Shown here: one piece after another, positions 29,006 through 30,897 of the stretch
Numbering within the stretch: position 1 is the stretch's first letter
Layout of the letters: each line of letters begins with the position of its first letter
DNA from: Pseudomonadota bacterium
GTDB taxonomy: Bacteria; Desulfobacterota; Desulfobacteria; Desulfobacterales; RPRI01
Length of the DNA stretch: 30,897 nucleotides
NCBI GenBank assembly: GCA_043825875.1
Contig: JBDRRF010000106.1
Coordinates: forward strand, 1-30,897
Reading direction: 5' to 3'
The notes under the pieces: generated by a model
The model's database searches: none
The model's input: only the letters and a program-made list of their open reading frames with translations
Told to the model about the DNA's origin: nothing
Translations under genes and position numbers: made by a program

Positions 29006-29101
29006 TCAATAGAGCCTCGCGGGCAATTGTTTTTCATAGGCCCGCCAACACCAATTTTTATTTCCCGATTCCACAATTATATTATTAAAATATTTTTCCA
29101 T
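29006..29101 (-). CDS. trpL: trp operon leader peptide (31 aa)
   Basis: Not in the ORF track. MEKYFNNIIVESGNKNWCWRAYEKQLPARLY*, W-C-W-R motif, upstream of the terminators and trpE; TTGACA at 29152-29157 on the minus strand further upstream. Confidence 0.85.
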   Translation of the reverse strand: MEKYFNNIIVESGNKNWCWRAYEKQLPARLY

Positions 29102-29336
29102 AAGTTTTTCTTCAAATAATTTTATGTATATTTACATACGGTTTGAATCGTTGTCAAGAAAATTTGCCGGGGGTGCAATTTTATGCTATTATCAATATCA
29201 TTTCGAAAGGATAGGGATCGAAATATTATTAGCACAATTTGTTAAGAGCGTTAATCCCTTCCTCAAAAACATAAATTTTAACAGTATGAACAGTTGGTGC
29301 AAAGCTGATAAAATATTTTATTCAGGAGCTATTATC

Positions 29337-29543
29337 ATGCAAACCTTAATTGATGAAGGCAAGCTCAAACAGGTTTTAAAGGAAGCTATTATTGAGATGC
29401 TTGAAGAAAGAAAGAATGATTTTCATGACATAATTATTGAGGCTATGGAAGATGTAGCCTTAATACGTGCAATACGTGAAGGGGAAGATACAGAGCCCGT
29501 AAGCAGAAAGGAAATTTTTAATATACTGGAAGGCCATTCTTGA
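29337..29543 (+). CDS. Putative antitoxin (68 aa, acidic) of the RelE pair
   Basis: CAGGAG SD, ATG 29337; MQTLIDEGKLKQVLKEAIIEMLEE...EDVALIRAIREG; stop overlaps the relE start (TTGA). Confidence 0.8.
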   Translation: MQTLIDEGKLKQVLKEAIIEMLEERKNDFHDIIIEAMEDVALIRAIREGEDTEPVSRKEIFNILEGHS

Positions 29544-29809
29544 ATCTTGAGTTTAAAAAAAGTTTTGCGAGGGATTTAAAAAAAAGAAAACAGGACAAAG
29601 AACTTCTTGAACGGATACAACGGATAATAAATGAAGTTGATGAAGCAGTGAGTATCATTGAAATAGGGAATCTCAAAAAACTTAAAGCTGAAGGCAACTA
29701 TTACCGTATCAGGCTTGGCGATTACCGGCTTGGTCTTATCATTGAAAACGATATGGTCTATTTTGTGAGATTCTTGCACCGAAGAGAAGTTTATAAGTAT
29801 TTTCCATAA
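29540..29809 (+). CDS. RelE/ParE-family toxin
   Basis: F.KSF.RDLKK...KKLK...YYRIRLGDYRLG...RFLHRREVYKYFP. Confidence 0.92.
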   Translation: MNLEFKKSFARDLKKRKQDKELLERIQRIINEVDEAVSIIEIGNLKKLKAEGNYYRIRLGDYRLGLIIENDMVYFVRFLHRREVYKYFP

Positions 29810-29891
29810 AAAGTGGTAGCACACATTCGATAACGCTATATTATGTAAAGAGTTATCTATCCCGCCAGTCAGAGCTTGAAAATAAAGGTTA

Positions 29892-29962
29892 GCAATTGGT
29901 CTGATTTTACCATTTTTCCATCCACCTTCCCCAAACAAGCGGTTAAAGAAAAAAATCAAGAG
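29892..29962. repeat. ~71-bp direct repeat, copy 1 (downstream of relE)
   Basis: GCAATTGGTCTGATTTTACCATTTTTCCATC...TTAAAGAAAAAAATCAAGAG; roughly 80% identical by eye to 30690-30761. Confidence 0.85.
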
Positions 29963-30183
29963 CCAAAAGCTGAGTAGACCCTTTTCCCCTCCTATAAATA
30001 CCCTCCATGCACACAAAAAACGCCCAAAATATATTTCCATTGTCTCAAGGCTGGATGTAGCCAATTACATCACCTCCTTTCCGGTTGATTTTTAACTGGA
30101 GATACGATAGAAAAGTAGAGAAGGTTCAGCAGAAAATTTGGAAAACTTGTACAGGGATAAAAAATCATTTATGGGGTGAACAA

Positions 30184-30390
30184 ATGAATACATTTACCGC
30201 TATCGTACATAAAGAAGAAAATCTTTATGTGGCTTTGTGTCCCGAGGTGGGAACAGCAAGTCAGGGGGAAACTATAGAAGAAGCAGTGAAAAATCTTCAG
30301 GAAGCTACAGAACTTTATCTGGAAGAATTCCCCATGAAGCATACTTACCGACCGATAATGACAACATTTGAGGTTGCCGTTCATGCCTGA
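30184..30390 (+). CDS. hicB: HicB-family antitoxin (short form, no DNA-binding domain)
   Basis: MNTFTAIVHKEENLYVALCPEVGTASQGETIEEAVKNLQEATELYLE; start moved to ATG 30184. Confidence 0.92.
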   Translation: MNTFTAIVHKEENLYVALCPEVGTASQGETIEEAVKNLQEATELYLEEFPMKHTYRPIMTTFEVAVHA

Positions 30391-30607
30391 ACTTCCGAGA
30401 ATCTCAGGTAAGGAAGCTGTTAACATATTTAAAAGCCTTGGATTTTATGAAGCACGCCAGAAAGGCAGCCATGTCATCATGCGCAAGGACGACAGAGGAT
30501 GCGCAATTCCATTACATAAGAATCTTGCTATCGGAACACTCAGAAGTGCTATCCGTCAGGCCGGTATTACTGTTGACGAATTTGTTACCGCCTATAAAGA
30601 AAGATAA
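30383..30607 (+). CDS. hicA: HicA-family toxin
   Basis: MPELPRISGKE...LGF...RQKGSHVIM...IPLH...GTLRSAIRQAG; overlaps the end of hicB. Confidence 0.93.
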   Translation: MPELPRISGKEAVNIFKSLGFYEARQKGSHVIMRKDDRGCAIPLHKNLAIGTLRSAIRQAGITVDEFVTAYKER

Positions 30608-30689
30608 TCTTGTTAAATAGCGGCAGAGTCTGCCACCTTAAGCTTTAGCCAGATTTATACTGCTTAGTATTTTTCCGCTCTCTGCGGGG

Positions 30690-30761
30690 GCAACTGGTCT
30701 GATTTTATCATTTTTCCATCTGCCCTTCCTACAACAAGTGCTTAAAGAAAAAACCCAAGAG
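30690..30761. repeat. ~72-bp direct repeat, copy 2 (downstream of hicA); forms the 3' exon of the group II intron
   Basis: Similarity to copy 1 ends exactly at the predicted intron 3' boundary (30761/30762). Confidence 0.85.
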
Positions 30762-30897
30762 ATCGCGGTAGGAATGCCGATTACTCGGCACCCCCCGCAC
30801 AGATCCCAGCATGCACTACTAATGCACTGGGCTCCTGCTTCAAGTTTTGACGCGCATGCGTTCCAGCGGATAAGGATGACAGATAAAAGGATTAGGC
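30762..30897 (-). mobile_element. 3' end of a group II intron (domains V and VI); runs off the window
   Basis: Minus strand GAGCCCAGTGCATTAGTAGTGCATGCTGGGATCTGTGCGGGGGG (domain V with AGC triad) then TGCCGAGTAATCGGCATTCCTACCGCGAT (domain VI, bulged A, terminal AY). Confidence 0.93.
30840..30897 (-). CDS. C-terminus of the intron-encoded reverse transcriptase/maturase (partial)
   Basis: ...PNPFICHPYPLERMRVKT* ends 5 nt before domain V; an IxHPYP tail is typical of endonuclease-less intron-encoded proteins. Confidence 0.8.
   Translation of the reverse strand, partial: PNPFICHPYPLERMRVKT

Noticed and set aside
29124..29336. Extended N-terminus of the antitoxin ORF
   Set aside because: A good SD and ATG at 29337 give a typical 68-aa antitoxin; the extension overlaps the divergent trp promoter region.
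29576..30064. 162-aa minus-strand ORF
   Set aside because: Antisense to relE, crosses the 71-bp repeat and has no recognisable domain; only its strong SD is noted as a finding.
29892..30761. 71-bp repeats as integron attC sites
   Set aside because: No convincing RYYYAAC...GTTRRRY core or long palindrome; the intron does not look like the IIC-attC type.

Overview
AT-rich chromosomal window, most likely from a sulfate-reducing Desulfobacterota (Desulfobacterales-like; inferred from gene style and repeat families). From left to right it holds: (i) a minus-strand hydrophobic-substrate cluster (HMG-CoA-synthase-like/DUF35 fusion lacking the catalytic Cys, SCP2-type thiolase, RND/MMPL transporter, YCF48-like propeller, DUF1302-like outer-membrane protein) with a decayed IS4-family transposase inside it; (ii) housekeeping genes argS, SPOR protein, gatC, gatA, a small ORF and mutL; (iii) an FG-GAP protein, a membrane-anchored receiver protein, and a 2.7-kb accessory block with a diheme cytochrome c bounded by a 16-bp direct repeat; (iv) NfeD-like and HIT genes; (v) a complete trpEGDCFBA operon; (vi) two type II toxin-antitoxin pairs, each followed by a copy of a ~71-bp repeat, the second copy interrupted by a group II intron. 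The most notable non-coding signals are an unannotated Trp leader peptide coupled to an apparent two-terminator relay attenuator (1:2/3:4/5:6 versus 2:3/4:5), three MITE copies with three different 4-bp target duplications, a second MITE family with unrelated ends but the same internal loop motifs, and an empty homolog of the intron target site about 800 bp from the occupied one. All family assignments are by motif recognition only; no searches were run.
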